Shown here in pieces: positions 38,367-50,310 of a stretch of 64,000 nucleotides of DNA. The translations under genes were made by a program, and so were the position numbers. The notes below the pieces were generated by a model. That model ran no database searches. It was not told the origin of the DNA and saw only the letters and a list, made by a program, of their open reading frames with translations. Within the stretch, counting starts at the first letter, position 1. Each line of letters opens with the position of its first letter. This stretch comes from Lingula anatina. Its lineage: Eukaryota > Animalia > Brachiopoda. The DNA lies in NCBI GenBank assembly GCA_051362555.1, contig CM120642.1, forward strand, positions 15,996,001 to 16,060,000. The letters run 5' to 3'.

Positions 38367-39284
38367 GATTCTAGGACAATTCCCCCCCGGACTATTCCCC
38401 CCGGACAATTACCCCCCCCCCCCCCCCGGACAATCCCCCCCCCCAGGACAATTCCCCCCCGGACGATTCCCCCTCAAGAAATATATATTTATATACAAAT
38501 ATAAAGTAGAAATTGTAAAGTTTAATACATTTCATCTATTTTATTAACATTTTTTAGTGTGAAAATATAACTTCATCATGAAACAAATTATTCTGTAACA
38601 AATTCCCTTTTCATTGAGTACAAGTATAGGAAGATTTATTAAGTATCTAATCGAAGTATAACCACCTATCCTTCAGGTAAAAGTGGGGTAAACAGATGAA
38701 CAGGTAAACAGATATTTTATAAATATTTTAGTGTGGTGGGTGGTGGGTGGTGGTCAAGCAATTAAAAGTGACAAATAGTCACAGGGATACCTGGATAAGC
38801 AAGAAAATCTGTATACCCCACCTCTCCCTAGAGATGCACCTTGATTCAAGACTTACTGAATCAGGGGGGGGGGGAGAAATAAAGCAATTAAAAGTTACAG
38901 TTAATTCATCAAAGGGCTACCTGGATGAGTGAGATCATCTGTTTACCCCTCCTTTACCTGGAGATATATATTCTTTGATCAGATTTTTAATAAAATGTTC
39001 TGTACATCTATCTCGAAAATTTCATGTACTTGTACTCCAAGAAAATAAATTGTTTAATAAAATTAATATTATCTATCCTTGATTTGCATCATCACACTAT
39101 GAAATATTCAGAAAATGGATGAAAAGAACTTTGAACTTTGTATTCTTTACTTAATATTTGTATATAAATATATATATATATTCTTTGGGGGGAATTGTCC
39201 GGGGGGAATTGTCCTGGGGGGGGGGGAATAGTCTGGGGGGAATTGTCCGGGGGGAATTGTCCGGGGGGGAATTGTCCTGATACC
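38367..39284 (-). mobile_element. ~0.92-kb foldback-type non-autonomous DNA transposon (Mutator/Merlin-like), copy 1
   Basis: 8-bp TSD GGTAAGGG (38359-38366 and 39285-39292). Long imperfect inverted termini with GGACAATTCCCCCC arrays. Inverted homolog of 61987-62910. Confidence 0.85.
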
Positions 39285-40037
39285 GGTAAGGGATATAAGA
39301 AAGGCACATACGGATTTTTTTAAAAGAATGTTAGGTGTCAAAAGGAGCACTAGTAATAACTTAGTACATAGTACATAACTTAATATATTATGAAACCGGG
39401 AGATACCCACTTCTTTTGAGTAGAAAGCTAAGATTTTTTAATATATATTGAAAATCCGCTCCTCGAAAAATTGTATTATACATATCTAACAGCGTGCTAT
39501 AAAGATTTTTTGATTGGGTAATTTGAGTACGGAATGAACTGGAGACACTTGGCTTGTCATTTATTTTTCACGAAAATATGTCAGATAATTTTATACTGTC
39601 CTTGATAGAATAAAGATTGAAAGACAATTTTAGACAAACATTGACCGGGGCATGGACATAATGAGAGAAGGACGTGAAACGCGGCATCTTCCTTTGAAGC
39701 TAAGTGCGTTCGGGTAAACATTCGCCCATTGTCTCAGATAAGCTGTATTGATAGCTACACGGCCGCGGGAGCCTGAACAACTTATTATCAAGGTAGCGCG
39801 GGCTGTGCCTCATTGAAATTATTTTGTTCTATTGCATGGATAACGCACATAGACTTTGGTCAAATAGTGGAAATTTGTTTCGGGTTTTCAGTTTCTTTTT
39901 CCTGTTACCTTATTAAAACGGGCTCTGGCCTTTGTCTATACTTGTTATCGTTTCCAAGATTGTATTGATATATGTCGAACTGATATATAACTGGTTTAAA
40001 AGCATGTTGACTAATAAAGTCAGGTAGGTGCTATACA

Positions 40038-40195
40038 CAGGGGCGGGTCCAGAGATATTTTCTGAGAGTCTTCCAAATTATCTTTGTTGATCCATCCTCC
40101 ATTTTTGACCGTCTTCCGACAGAAAAAATAGATACCTGTCAATGTAAACTGACCGTCTTCCTGAAGACCCAGAAGACGGCCTAAATCCGCCCCTG
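40038..40195 (+). mobile_element. ~160-bp CAGGGG-terminal MITE (hAT-like), nested in the P-like element
   Basis: CAGGGGCGG...CCGCCCCTG with 5-bp duplication ATACA; same family as 17710-17877 and 3876-3922. Confidence 0.75.
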
Positions 40196-40394
40196 ATACA
40201 AATGTATCTGATAACAAGATAATGCAATGTAGCAAGCCAATTACAGAGGTGAGACTTTTATGACCATTACCCAAGTAAATATAATCATGAAGTTTGCATG
40301 TGTACATGCCCACATTTATACTTGAATTAAAAGACCAATGAGGGTGTTTGTCAATCTCTATGCTGTTTAGGGACTCCAATGTAAAGATGAAAAA

Positions 40395-40442
40395 CTATTA
40401 ATTATCATTCTCAAACTGGAGCAGACCATAGCCGGTAATGTG

Positions 40443-40500
<58 letters not shown>

Positions 40501-41015
40501 TTCAGAGCAGTGTTAATGTCAACTTTAATAAAAGAATATTAAAAGGCCCACAAGTGCGTTTTTGTGCGTAACGAATGCGTGTGTGGTGCCATATTGCAAT
40601 GAGAGCCCATATTGAGAGTTAAAAAAATAATAATTATCATTCTCAGACTGGAGCAGACCGTAGCCGGTAATGTGTAAATATACATATACTTCAGAGCAGT
40701 TTTAATGTCAATTTTGATAAAAGAATATTAAAAGTCCCACAGGTGGGTTTTTTTGTGCGTAACGAATGCCTGTGTGGTGCCACATTGCAACGATAGGCAA
40801 TGTCGAAAGTTAAAAAAAAATTATCATTCACAGACTGGAGCAGACCGTAGCCGGTAATGTGTAAATATAAACATACTTCAGAGCAGTGTTAATGCATACT
40901 TTGATAAAAGAATATTAAAAGACCCACAGGTGCGTTTTTGTGGGTCACGAATGCGTGTGTGGTGCCCTATTTCAACGAGAGCCCATATTGAATGTTAAAA
41001 ATATTAATTATCATT
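40395..41015. repeat. Three tandem ~190-240-bp units inside the P-like element, the first containing a (TA)n tract
   Basis: ATTATCATTCTCA.ACTGGAGCAGACC.TAGCCGGTAATGTGTAA at ~40401, ~40634 and ~40820. Confidence 0.85.
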
Positions 41016-41724
41016 ACATAATTCGGGCTCACTTAAGCAAATAACATAAACCTATTCATATAGTACACAGCAGTGTAAATGCCACCTTTATCTAAACCGT
41101 ACGTATAATTTTATTGTCTCATCCACCCGAAAGATTGACTCACGTTATCGCGAACTAACTGCCCAAATGACACAAAAAGTCATCGACAACTGCGATATGC
41201 TCGCTACCTGTACGGGAGGTTGTGTGATCCGAATGCACATGGTTTCGCGAAGAGCTCACGTTAAGCCGATTATCCTTTGATCTTGCTCCGCGTTTCACGC
41301 CCTTCTCTCATTATGTCCATGACCGGGAAGAAGCCACAAGGAGAAAGGGCTATTGTACCAACAACATTTCACAATTAAACAACTTATGAAAGTACTTAAA
41401 ATCTGCATCGGAGCTAAGATTAACGTCAGTTTGGTAAGTTTTTATATGAACTGTATGAGTTTTTATATGAACTGTTTTCAGGAGTCTGAAAAGTCATCTT
41501 ACAGGTAGACAATGCAGCTCAGTTTGACAGCTAAACACGCTGCTTGGTTCTCTCCTCCGGTGGCCTGTATGTCGTCATCGGACCACGTGACCACGAAGCT
41601 CATTAAATCCCAGACCGAGCAAAAGGACGTTTTAATTTGTGTATTTGGATACAGATATCGTTAAATGGGCATGTTTTCTAAAGAATATAATCACTTCAAG
41701 CCATTCTGACGGTCTGGCGCGAAA

Positions 41725-43610
41725 CCTTCAATTTAACTTTACCTTACACAGAAAATCTTTGTAATAATGTACTATATGTACATTCTGTTCGCCTTCAATT
41801 TGTCTTGAGGCGTGGACAAGACATCCACTCAAACTGAAACTACTTCTTTCTTTGTAAATTCGATAACACATTTCTTTACACAATTTGTTCTTGCTAATCG
41901 TTAGAGTTTAAATCGTTTATCGAAATAACTCAGAATGTTATGTCTTGAAAAGATGGAAAAAACTTATCGTTTGCTACAGGACTGGTTTACAATACTGTAC
42001 ATACCGACAAATGCTACGGCTGAATTGTAGAACTTAACTATGAGCAGGAGTTACCATAAAACGTGTCCTCCTCCAGATAGCGATCTCATTAATAGACGCA
42101 GAAAATTTTATTTCGCAATAGGAAAAGCCCACCACCAAGTCACGTGATTGTTGTCAAGAGTATGAGCTATAAAAAGGTATGAAATATTCCCATGTTTTTT
42201 TTTTTCTGCAGCGAGCTTGAAATCAAATATCTAAATACACAATTTGTTCTCGCTAATCGTTAGAATTTAAATGTCAATTTCCCTTAAAACTTTTTTAAAA
42301 TAATACAAACAAAATTAAAGTGAAACTTGGATGTTTGCGCTGCCTCTGCAATTACAGGGTACCACTAATCGTAGCGTCGCCTTAATTATCATTTTTGTCG
42401 AACATATTTCAAGTCAACAAAGTCTCTAAAGTGAAAGTAATATATGTTTTAACATACAGGTGGACAAACAGACAGACAGCAACACAAACATAAAGGCGGT
42501 TATAGAAACAGATTTTACAGCACACAAACATACACTCACATTTGAAACGGTGAGTATTTAAACGTAACGCTTCACCCTTTTAGTTTATAATGATAAGTTC
42601 CAAAACTTATTATTTATCGTTAGAGGTTTGAATCGTTTAATTAAATTAAAAGTGATCGAAGACAACACACCAGGCATTTAATCGTGTAACAAGTTCAGAC
42701 GACTAACGTCACAATTAAAGTTTCATTTATTAGTGTGGAACCTTTCTTAACTTCACTTCACCTTACACAGAAAATATTTGTAATACTTTATGTACATTCT
42801 GTTTGCCTTTAATTTGTCTTGATGTGTGGATGATATGTCCGCTCAAACTGCCATACTACTACTTTCTTTGTAAAACGCAGTAAGAGATGAACATAAATTG
42901 CGTTTATTTCTGTAATTAATCTGAGTTCCTTCCCGGAGTCAGCGCGAGCTCTACACCGCTCACCACCGAGTCACTGACTTTTGCCAAGAGTATGAGCTAT
43001 AAAAAGGTATAAAATGTTCCCGTGTTTTGTCTGCAGCGAGTTTGAAATCAAATATCTTTAAACAATTTGTTCTTGCTAATCTCGAGAGTTTAAATCGTTT
43101 ATCGAACTAACTCAGAATGTTATTTCTTGAAAAGATGGACAAAACTTATCGTTTGCTACCGGACTGGTTTACAATACATACCGTCAAATTCTTCGGCTGA
43201 AGTAGTAGAACTTCTTTACTATGAACAGGAGTTACCATAAAACGCGCCCTCCTCCAGATAGCGATCTCTTTAATAGACACAGAAAATTTTATTTCGCAAT
43301 AGGAAAAGCCCACCACCGAGTCACGTGATTGTTGCCAAGAGTATGAGCTATAAAAAGGTATTAAACGTTCTCATGGTTTGTCTGCAGCGAGTTTGAAATA
43401 AAATATATTTACACAGTTTGTTCTCGCTAATCGTTAGAGTTCAAATGTCAAACTTTCCCTTAAAAACTATTTGCAAAATAATACAAATAAAATTATGCGA
43501 GACTGAGTTGTTTGTGCTGGTACTTAATTACAAGCCAACGAAGTCTTTAAAGTGAAAATATACAGGCAGCCAAACGGACAGAGACGGACAGCAACACAAA
43601 CATAAAGAGA
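41725..43610. repeat. Two further tandem copies (B, C) of the 35810-36432 module
   Basis: Shared blocks such as TCCACTCAAACTG, AACTCAGAATG.TAT.TCTTGAAAAGA.GGA, GCAGGAGTTACC.TAAAACG, GGAAAAGCCC..CACGTGATTGTTG and TTTGTTCTCGCT.ATCGTTA. Confidence 0.85.
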
Positions 43611-46600
43611 CAGATACTAAGATACTAAGTGGTCACCGAGTATATACATGTACCCCCTACAGGGGCCACTAAATCTCGGTACCTTTCTCTTGTGTCCATG
43701 GAATTAATGTTATCATTTTGCTGGCCTTTTGTACAGAGTAGTAACTTAGAGGGAAAGTAGTGGTGACTGGCTTTTTTGCCTGATAAATAGTCACAAAGTT
43801 TCCATAATTTCCGTACAGAAACTGAAGAAGCGGTTGCCCTCTGACACCAAATCGCTGTGAGAGCAGGCAGCCTGCAAAGACTGCGCTGCAAATACTGCAC
43901 TGATTTCGTTCCAATGCAAGTTGGGTTTTACTTCAAACTGTCCACTTTTACCATTCAATTGCTCTTGGACATAAAAGGGTCATTGGCAATTTGTATTTGA
44001 TTGATTCGAGCTGGCTTACCGTGGTCAATCGTAATATCTTGTTCACGTCCTCTGACACACGCACACACACTACACAATCTCTTTAAATTCCTCATCATTA
44101 CTTCTTCGTCTCATTTGATAAATTTTACCGTCTTTAGTAGCAAGACGTTGCTGCCATTCTTAATGTACAATTTCTGAACCATTGCACTTGCAGTATCAGT
44201 ATCACTTGTGCCTGATGCTTCCAATATGTGATTCTCTTCTTCATCATCAGTCTGGTGCACCCAAACGTCTCTCGTTTGTTAAGCTATTCCCCTGTTAGGT
44301 ACATGCATATATTTCGGTTCTTTCCTTTCCTCATTTCATTATGGCGTATTTAATTGTCACATTTCAATTTTATACACAGATTGAATGGAATTTACAGATT
44401 TAAATTTGGTATACAGCTAGCTGAAATCTCTTGGGGTCGTTTACAACCACACCATAATTTTGTTTCACGTTTGATAACCATAAATGATACCAAAGCTGAG
44501 AAGATATCTCCTGAAAAACGAATATAAAACGTGGTAAATCTACGAAATTACATTGAAAACAATGTATTTGTAATAACCAGACGGTGGTTATGCACTTTCT
44601 TTGATTTCTTTTTCACCAATAAGTCAACTGAGACAGACAGGAATAGTTTTCTGCTACATGATTTATTCAAGCGACTGAAGACTCAGGTCACCTCTACCGT
44701 ATCTATAACTATCTCTAACTCTCTCAGTCTGTAAGTCTGTAAGTCTCCAAGTATATCTGTCAGTGGCTCAGTCACTGCCTTTATACTCTATCTTAATTAG
44801 CATTTCAAATTACCTTTCATAACTGACATGAAACATGCCATGCCTAAATACATTGACTTAATTGTAGATACATTAAAATTAAATCTTGATTTGCATTTTA
44901 AATGAACTTCTCTTAACCTTCCATGCAACATGTCATGTCTATATACATTTGAATAATTAAACGTACAAATATATACATATCTCATGTATGCAAATTTAGA
45001 ACACTATCAGTTCTAATTAACGGTTCACTACAGTACTGTATAATAAAAATGTAACAAAAATGGCAATAGGGTCATTCAAGAACGACCTCACCTCAGTGAG
45101 GAATGACGACAGCAGTCTGGATCTTTCGAACGTTTATTCACCGACTCTCCCTTTATAAAACTTAACAAATATTTTTACTCAATTTCTCCGTACTGATCAC
45201 GCATTTACTTGTTTTCTTTTCCATTGTCTTTGCGTGATTACAAAATATTTTCCATTCGCATGTTGCAAGTCACCATGTAACATTTCCTTATTAGGTAATC
45301 CCTAAGATACTTGTTTTCAATTAAAGATATCTAAAATATTATTTGGATTACTCATGCTTGGACCTTGTCCAAAACTCAGTTATCATGTGATAAATAGATG
45401 ATCAAAATTAAAATATGTTATGAAATTAACCAATCACATTAATTGTTACTGACGTTGACCTTTTCCATCTTTTTCTGACACTAAAAACATGTTCTACACT
45501 TGTTGACTCTTGGTGAAACTTAACTTACACTCAATAACTCTCTATCCTTTTACTCGTTTGATACAGTTTTTGTTATTATCTGTAATTAGTGAAAGTGTGA
45601 GTCATTTGCATTACTACAAACAGGCTTAAAATAAGGAAAATAATTTCTAGTATTTTGCATTTCACATGAGAATACTGATTTTGTATTCACTTGTCTAAAC
45701 ATAAATTTAAAAACACAGCATTTTAAAATTAAAATTCTTCTTCTATAAACCGCACTGAACATGCACATAGATATTTATAACAAATACAAATATGAACCGT
45801 ATTTTTTCTTATCTAACACACATCAAAAAGCTGGCATTACATAAATTTTGCCGTAAGGATATAGTTAACTATGTCTAAATGCAGATTTCCAAGAAATAGT
45901 AATTTTTGTCAGTAAAATTGTGACATCACTCGGATCGGATCGACAGCATGCCAAAGCAAGTCCAGTACCTATTCAAAAACGACAAGATAAGTTCTTTTCG
46001 CTCTCTTCATATAAATAACCGTTCCTGAGGACTGGCCGTACTGACAGCAGTTTGGCAAATTCAGCGGGAGGTTTGTATATATTTATTTATTTATTTATTT
46101 GTTTATTTATTCATTTATTTTTTGTCACTGTATCGCTTTGAGAGATAGCTTGACGAACGAGCGACTGTCAGCAACTTTTCAGGTGCTGCCATGGTTTCTG
46201 CAAAAATGGGGATATGGTGTAAAGATTGCTGTTCATATGCTAACTGTGATAGCAGATGATGTCTAAATTATAGCCTTTTTTAAAGAAGCAGATTTTTTGT
46301 TGTTCAGTAAAATTTCTGACTTCACGACCAATAGTTATTCAGAATAGCTAGTTGAAATACATGAGTGTCGAATGCCTTTATTTACACTTCCAAGAAGAAC
46401 AAAAAGAAGGAAAAATAAATCTGATATTTAACATTGTTACAGGAAAATATTGTATTCATTGTACTCTTTCTGGTGGGTTTTCTGGAGTTTGATCTGGATA
46501 GATCTATTAAGACTTACAAGAAGGAACAAAATATTTTCATTGTCAGTAAATTGTTGGCATCATTGTAGTCATTAAGCCTCGGTGCTCATGTATTGCTGAT

Positions 46601-47159
46601 GTTTTCGGATACAATTGTATTTGATGACTCAGATACATTTTTTCTCTATTCATAAAAGCGTTGCCTGGTTTCAATCAATGCTATAGCCTCAAAAAATAGA
46701 AGATAACCCATATTACAACCTACCTGAATATTTTTTTAATATTTTTGTAACAACCAGTAATACCGTCATAATAATTAAAACGAATTCTACCACAATGGAC
46801 CAGATTTTGGAAACATGGCAAATTAAAGGAGATAGGAGAGCTGAGATATTGCCAACATCAGAATATGGACAATAGTTTCCACTGATTTTGCATCGTGGAA
46901 CGGAGTACGATCTCTTCTCGAAAAAGACGAAGAGATCGGGCCCAGCGTTGACAGAACTCTATTTAATAACAAAGTGTGGTTTGCAAGTCCTCAACGCGAT
47001 CGAGGGTAATGTGGCAGTGGCATCAATTATCGGACCAGCTCGCATGGGAAAATCGTTTATTATTTCTGCATAATTAGTATGTATATGATTTAACAATAGG
47101 CAGGTATAAATATTGTGCCTCAAAAGGTGAAATTTAGATCGATAAATCAAATATGTCTG

Positions 47160-48200
47160 AACACCCTATTATTCCGGGTTTTTTTACTTCTAAGTACTCG
47201 AAATCGATTAGCAAATGCCTAATGGCCGTTTATTTTGTGTTTACTTTAGTAGTGAATAGGAAAAAAGGAAAAGTGCGTATCAAAAGAACGATTGTCGAAG
47301 ATTTGACAATGTCAGAGAGGTTTAAATTTGAACCTGCATGCCATGTGAAGGGCATGTTGTTTTATAGCATCGGTGGTTCTTGGATATAGCACATGAGGTC
47401 TGCACACCCTATTATTCCGGATTTTTTTACTCGTAAGTACTCGAAATCGATTAGCAAATGACGGGCCCTTTAAACATTTATAGAATCTCTAACCACGGGG
47501 TTACAACAGATGTTACTCCTTGCTCTAACAAAGCCTGTGTTTACATGTGACACAAAAGACTTTTTAACGTGTTTGTCACAGCGCCGACGAAGGAAAAGTG
47601 GACTGCATCAAATAACGCCTAATGGCCGTTTATTTTGTGTTTACTTTAGTAGTGAATAGGAAAAAAAGGAAAAGTGCGTATCAAAAGAACGATTGTCGAA
47701 GATTTGACAATGTCAGAGAGGTTTAAATTTGAACCTGCGTGCCATGTGAAGGGCATGTTGTTTTATAGCATCGGTAGTTCTTGGATATAGCACATGAGGT
47801 CTGCGCACCCTATTATTCCGGATTTTTTTACTCGTAAGTACTCGAAATCGATTAGCAAATGACGGGCCCTTTAAACATTAATAGAATCTCTAACCACGGA
47901 GTTACAACAGATGTTACTCCTTGCTCTAACAAAGCCTGTGTTTACATGTGACACAAAAGACTTTTTAACGTGTTTGTCACAGCGCCGACGAAGGAAAAGT
48001 GGACTGCATCAAATAACACCTAATGGGCGTTTATTTTGTGTTTACTTTAGTAGTGAATAGGAAAAAAAGGAAAAGTGCGTATCAAAAGAACGATTGTCGA
48101 AGATTTGACAATGTCAGAGAGGTTTAAATTTGAACCTGCGTGCCATGTGAAGGGCATGTTGTTTTATAGCATCGGTGGTTCTTGGATATAGCACATGAGG
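47160..48200. repeat. Tandem array, ~400-bp unit (first unit internally deleted), in GBP intron 1
   Basis: AATGG.CGTTTATTTTGTGTTTACTTTAG at 47221, 47621 and 48022; units nearly identical. Confidence 0.92.
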
Positions 48201-49146
48201 GAGGAGCGAACTATTTTTATTTTGACACCTTTCAGTTTCCCCAGCGCATTAACATCGCCTATCTTCCCCTTCCCCCTCTTTCGCACTCCCTCTAAAAAGT
48301 GTGCCATTCTTGTCATTGTGTAGGTTGTATTTGCATTCACTTTTGTGTCTACCAATCTGTTTGGGAAAGAGGGGGTCTGCATGCAAGTAGTGTGAACACT
48401 TTTACTCTAAAGAGAAGTACTTAGCGCAAAGTTAAACATTGAAAAGACTGCGGTGTTCACAGCAACCCATGCCCTAGTTGCTTTCATAGAGCAAGTTGAA
48501 TTGAGACCGATAAGAATAACCTGTTTGACATTACATGTCTGCATTTTCGTTCAATACCCATCATAAAATATACTGTAACAATCTGGCAACCCAGTTATCA
48601 ACACAGGAGTTCTGTCATTGTAAATAATGCGCCTACCCGTTTAAAAATGCTTGCCTTTTCAGCTTGGGAAGTTGGAACACAACTTTATTTATCAATTGTT
48701 TGGGAAAGAAGAGGAGAATCTGTATTCAAAAGTCATTTTATTTTAAGTAAAATAAACTAAGTACTCTATTCATGTCTGATCTCGTCATTTAAGAATTTTG
48801 GGTGATTTGGACATATTCCCCGTGGGCCATGAGATCAACAGAGAGACCAGGGGCCTCTGGATCTCGACCAATGGTATGCAGAAAGCAAATGGAGATACTG
48901 TCGTGTTCATTGATACTGAAGGCACAGATAATCTCTCTCTCTCTCTCTCTCTCTCGCTCTCTCCACAATACATACACTCACATACTACCTCCCCTTTCAC
49001 CTGACCACTTCTCAGGCACATTTTCATATTTGCTGTAAAATTAATGCGCAGAGTGGTTAGAATGAAGAGATTAAAAACAGTTTTTTATTTGAACTTTATA
49101 TCTTTTAAAGATGCATCTGAAGCGAGTTGACATGTTATATCATTGA

Positions 49147-49376
49147 GACCATTCCCACATATATTTACATGTAGATCGATCTGTCCCCCTGGGGAGTCTC
49201 ATTAGATTGCTGTCAGCTTAATCGGCTTAAATGTCTGTCCTGCCTACTGAATGCTGTAAGGGGGTAATTCACTTTTGTGGGCGATCGGCTCCCGGAAGCT
49301 GACAGCAATTCAGCGTGAACTCCCAGGGAGTTAATTAGATCTAGATGGATCGATCTAAATTTGTGGGAACCCAGTC
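49147..49376 (-). mobile_element. ~230-bp palindromic MITE, copy 2 (inside GBP pseudogene)
   Basis: Same family as 28117-28361 (inverted); ATTGA duplicated on both sides. Confidence 0.7.
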
Positions 49377-49567
49377 ATTGACTCTAAACCTATCCAAATG
49401 CCGTTCACCATATTATAGACCACATTCAGATTTACAAATCTTACTAGCTGGGTCGGTCCAATTCTGCCAGGGATTTTCGCAAAGTGCAATAAGTGGAATC
49501 AGCTTAATTGTCTGACGCACCTCCTCTAGCAACTTAGGGGTAATTAACTATCGTATGCCGATTAATA

Positions 49568-50310
49568 GCCCTATTCCACATCGCCTACGAATTCCACGTA
49601 CCGCCAGGAATTAATACATTTTAAAAATCGTGAGGAACCGTGGAAATTTGCAATTTTTTGTAAAAAATCCTGACCCTGTAGGATTCAGTTACAAATTTGT
49701 TAAAATAGACTTATTAATATTCGTGAAATTCTGCTTGAACAGCACGAATGTTGCCAATAAACAGTTACGATTTGCAAAAATGACATAAGAACACTTAAAA
49801 GATAAAGGATTCAGTAAATAGAAAGCTAAGTATCGATCTATATCTGTCGAACGCACCTACGATTCTGGCACGATTATAAATGTAATCTTAACTGTTATTG
49901 AAATTTAAAGAAAATTTCTCCGAGACAGATAAAACAGTCCCTCGGCCCTGCTTTAAAGAATCGTAGCCAGATCGTGGTCAGACGAATACTTCACGATTCC
50001 CAGATTAAGGTAAAAAATATGTAAGAGTGGCTAAAAATATCTAGGTATCAGTTACGCTATCTAATAATGCCCCACGGATTTGTTAAGAATCAACCAAGAT
50101 TTGTTTGCATTTAGGAGTTCGGGACCAAAAATTTTACAGCTCAATTTTTTGTCCCGATTTTATAATATCTCAAAAACTGCAAGAACTGACTGAGAATAAA
50201 CAAGAAATAAAAAATTAAGATTGAAGAGTTATCACGATTAAAGTAAGAACCTTGGGATTTATCAATTCCTGGTGGTTTGTGGAAGCTGATTCCACTTTTG
50301 CACTTTAGGG
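49568..50310. mobile_element. Degenerate TIR element
   Basis: Inverted subterminal match TTCCACGTACCGCCAGGAATTAAT / ATCAATTCCTGGTGGTTTGTGGAA; interior rich in ACGATT/AATCGT motifs; boundaries approximate. Confidence 0.45.

Larger units (their letters stand above)
39651..41321. mobile_element. Non-autonomous P-element-like DNA transposon
   Basis: 34-bp TIR CATGGACATAATGAGAGAAGG(A/G)CGTGAAACGCGG with one mismatch; CAT...ATG termini; near-identical 7-bp flanks ACCGGGG/ACCGGGA. No transposase ORF. Confidence 0.8.
38320..41440 (+). mobile_element. Decayed LINE (non-LTR retrotransposon) ORF2 3' fragment, interrupted by two DNA transposons
   Basis: ILNYA at ~38335 continues after the foldback insertion as DIRKAHTDFFKRMLGVKRSTSNNLV...YYETGRYPLLL (39293-39430), a typical post-RT motif of invertebrate LINEs. 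The extent beyond 39650 is approximate. Confidence 0.6.

Noticed and set aside
39092-39410. Pro-rich repetitive ORFs (PPGQFPP), also at 61977-62213 and 62732-62946
   Set aside because: Translations of the GGACAATTCCCCCC terminal arrays of a non-autonomous transposon.
46888-47073. Atlastin or GIMAP assignment for the P-loop ORF
   Set aside because: The GxxRxGKS, TRGLW, DTEG and WLIRD motifs, a long C-terminal helical region and no transmembrane hairpin fit GBP better.
36600-48200. CRISPR-like regularly spaced repeats
   Set aside because: The repeats are whole-unit tandem duplications (130-400 bp) without unique spacers; the context is eukaryotic with no cas genes.
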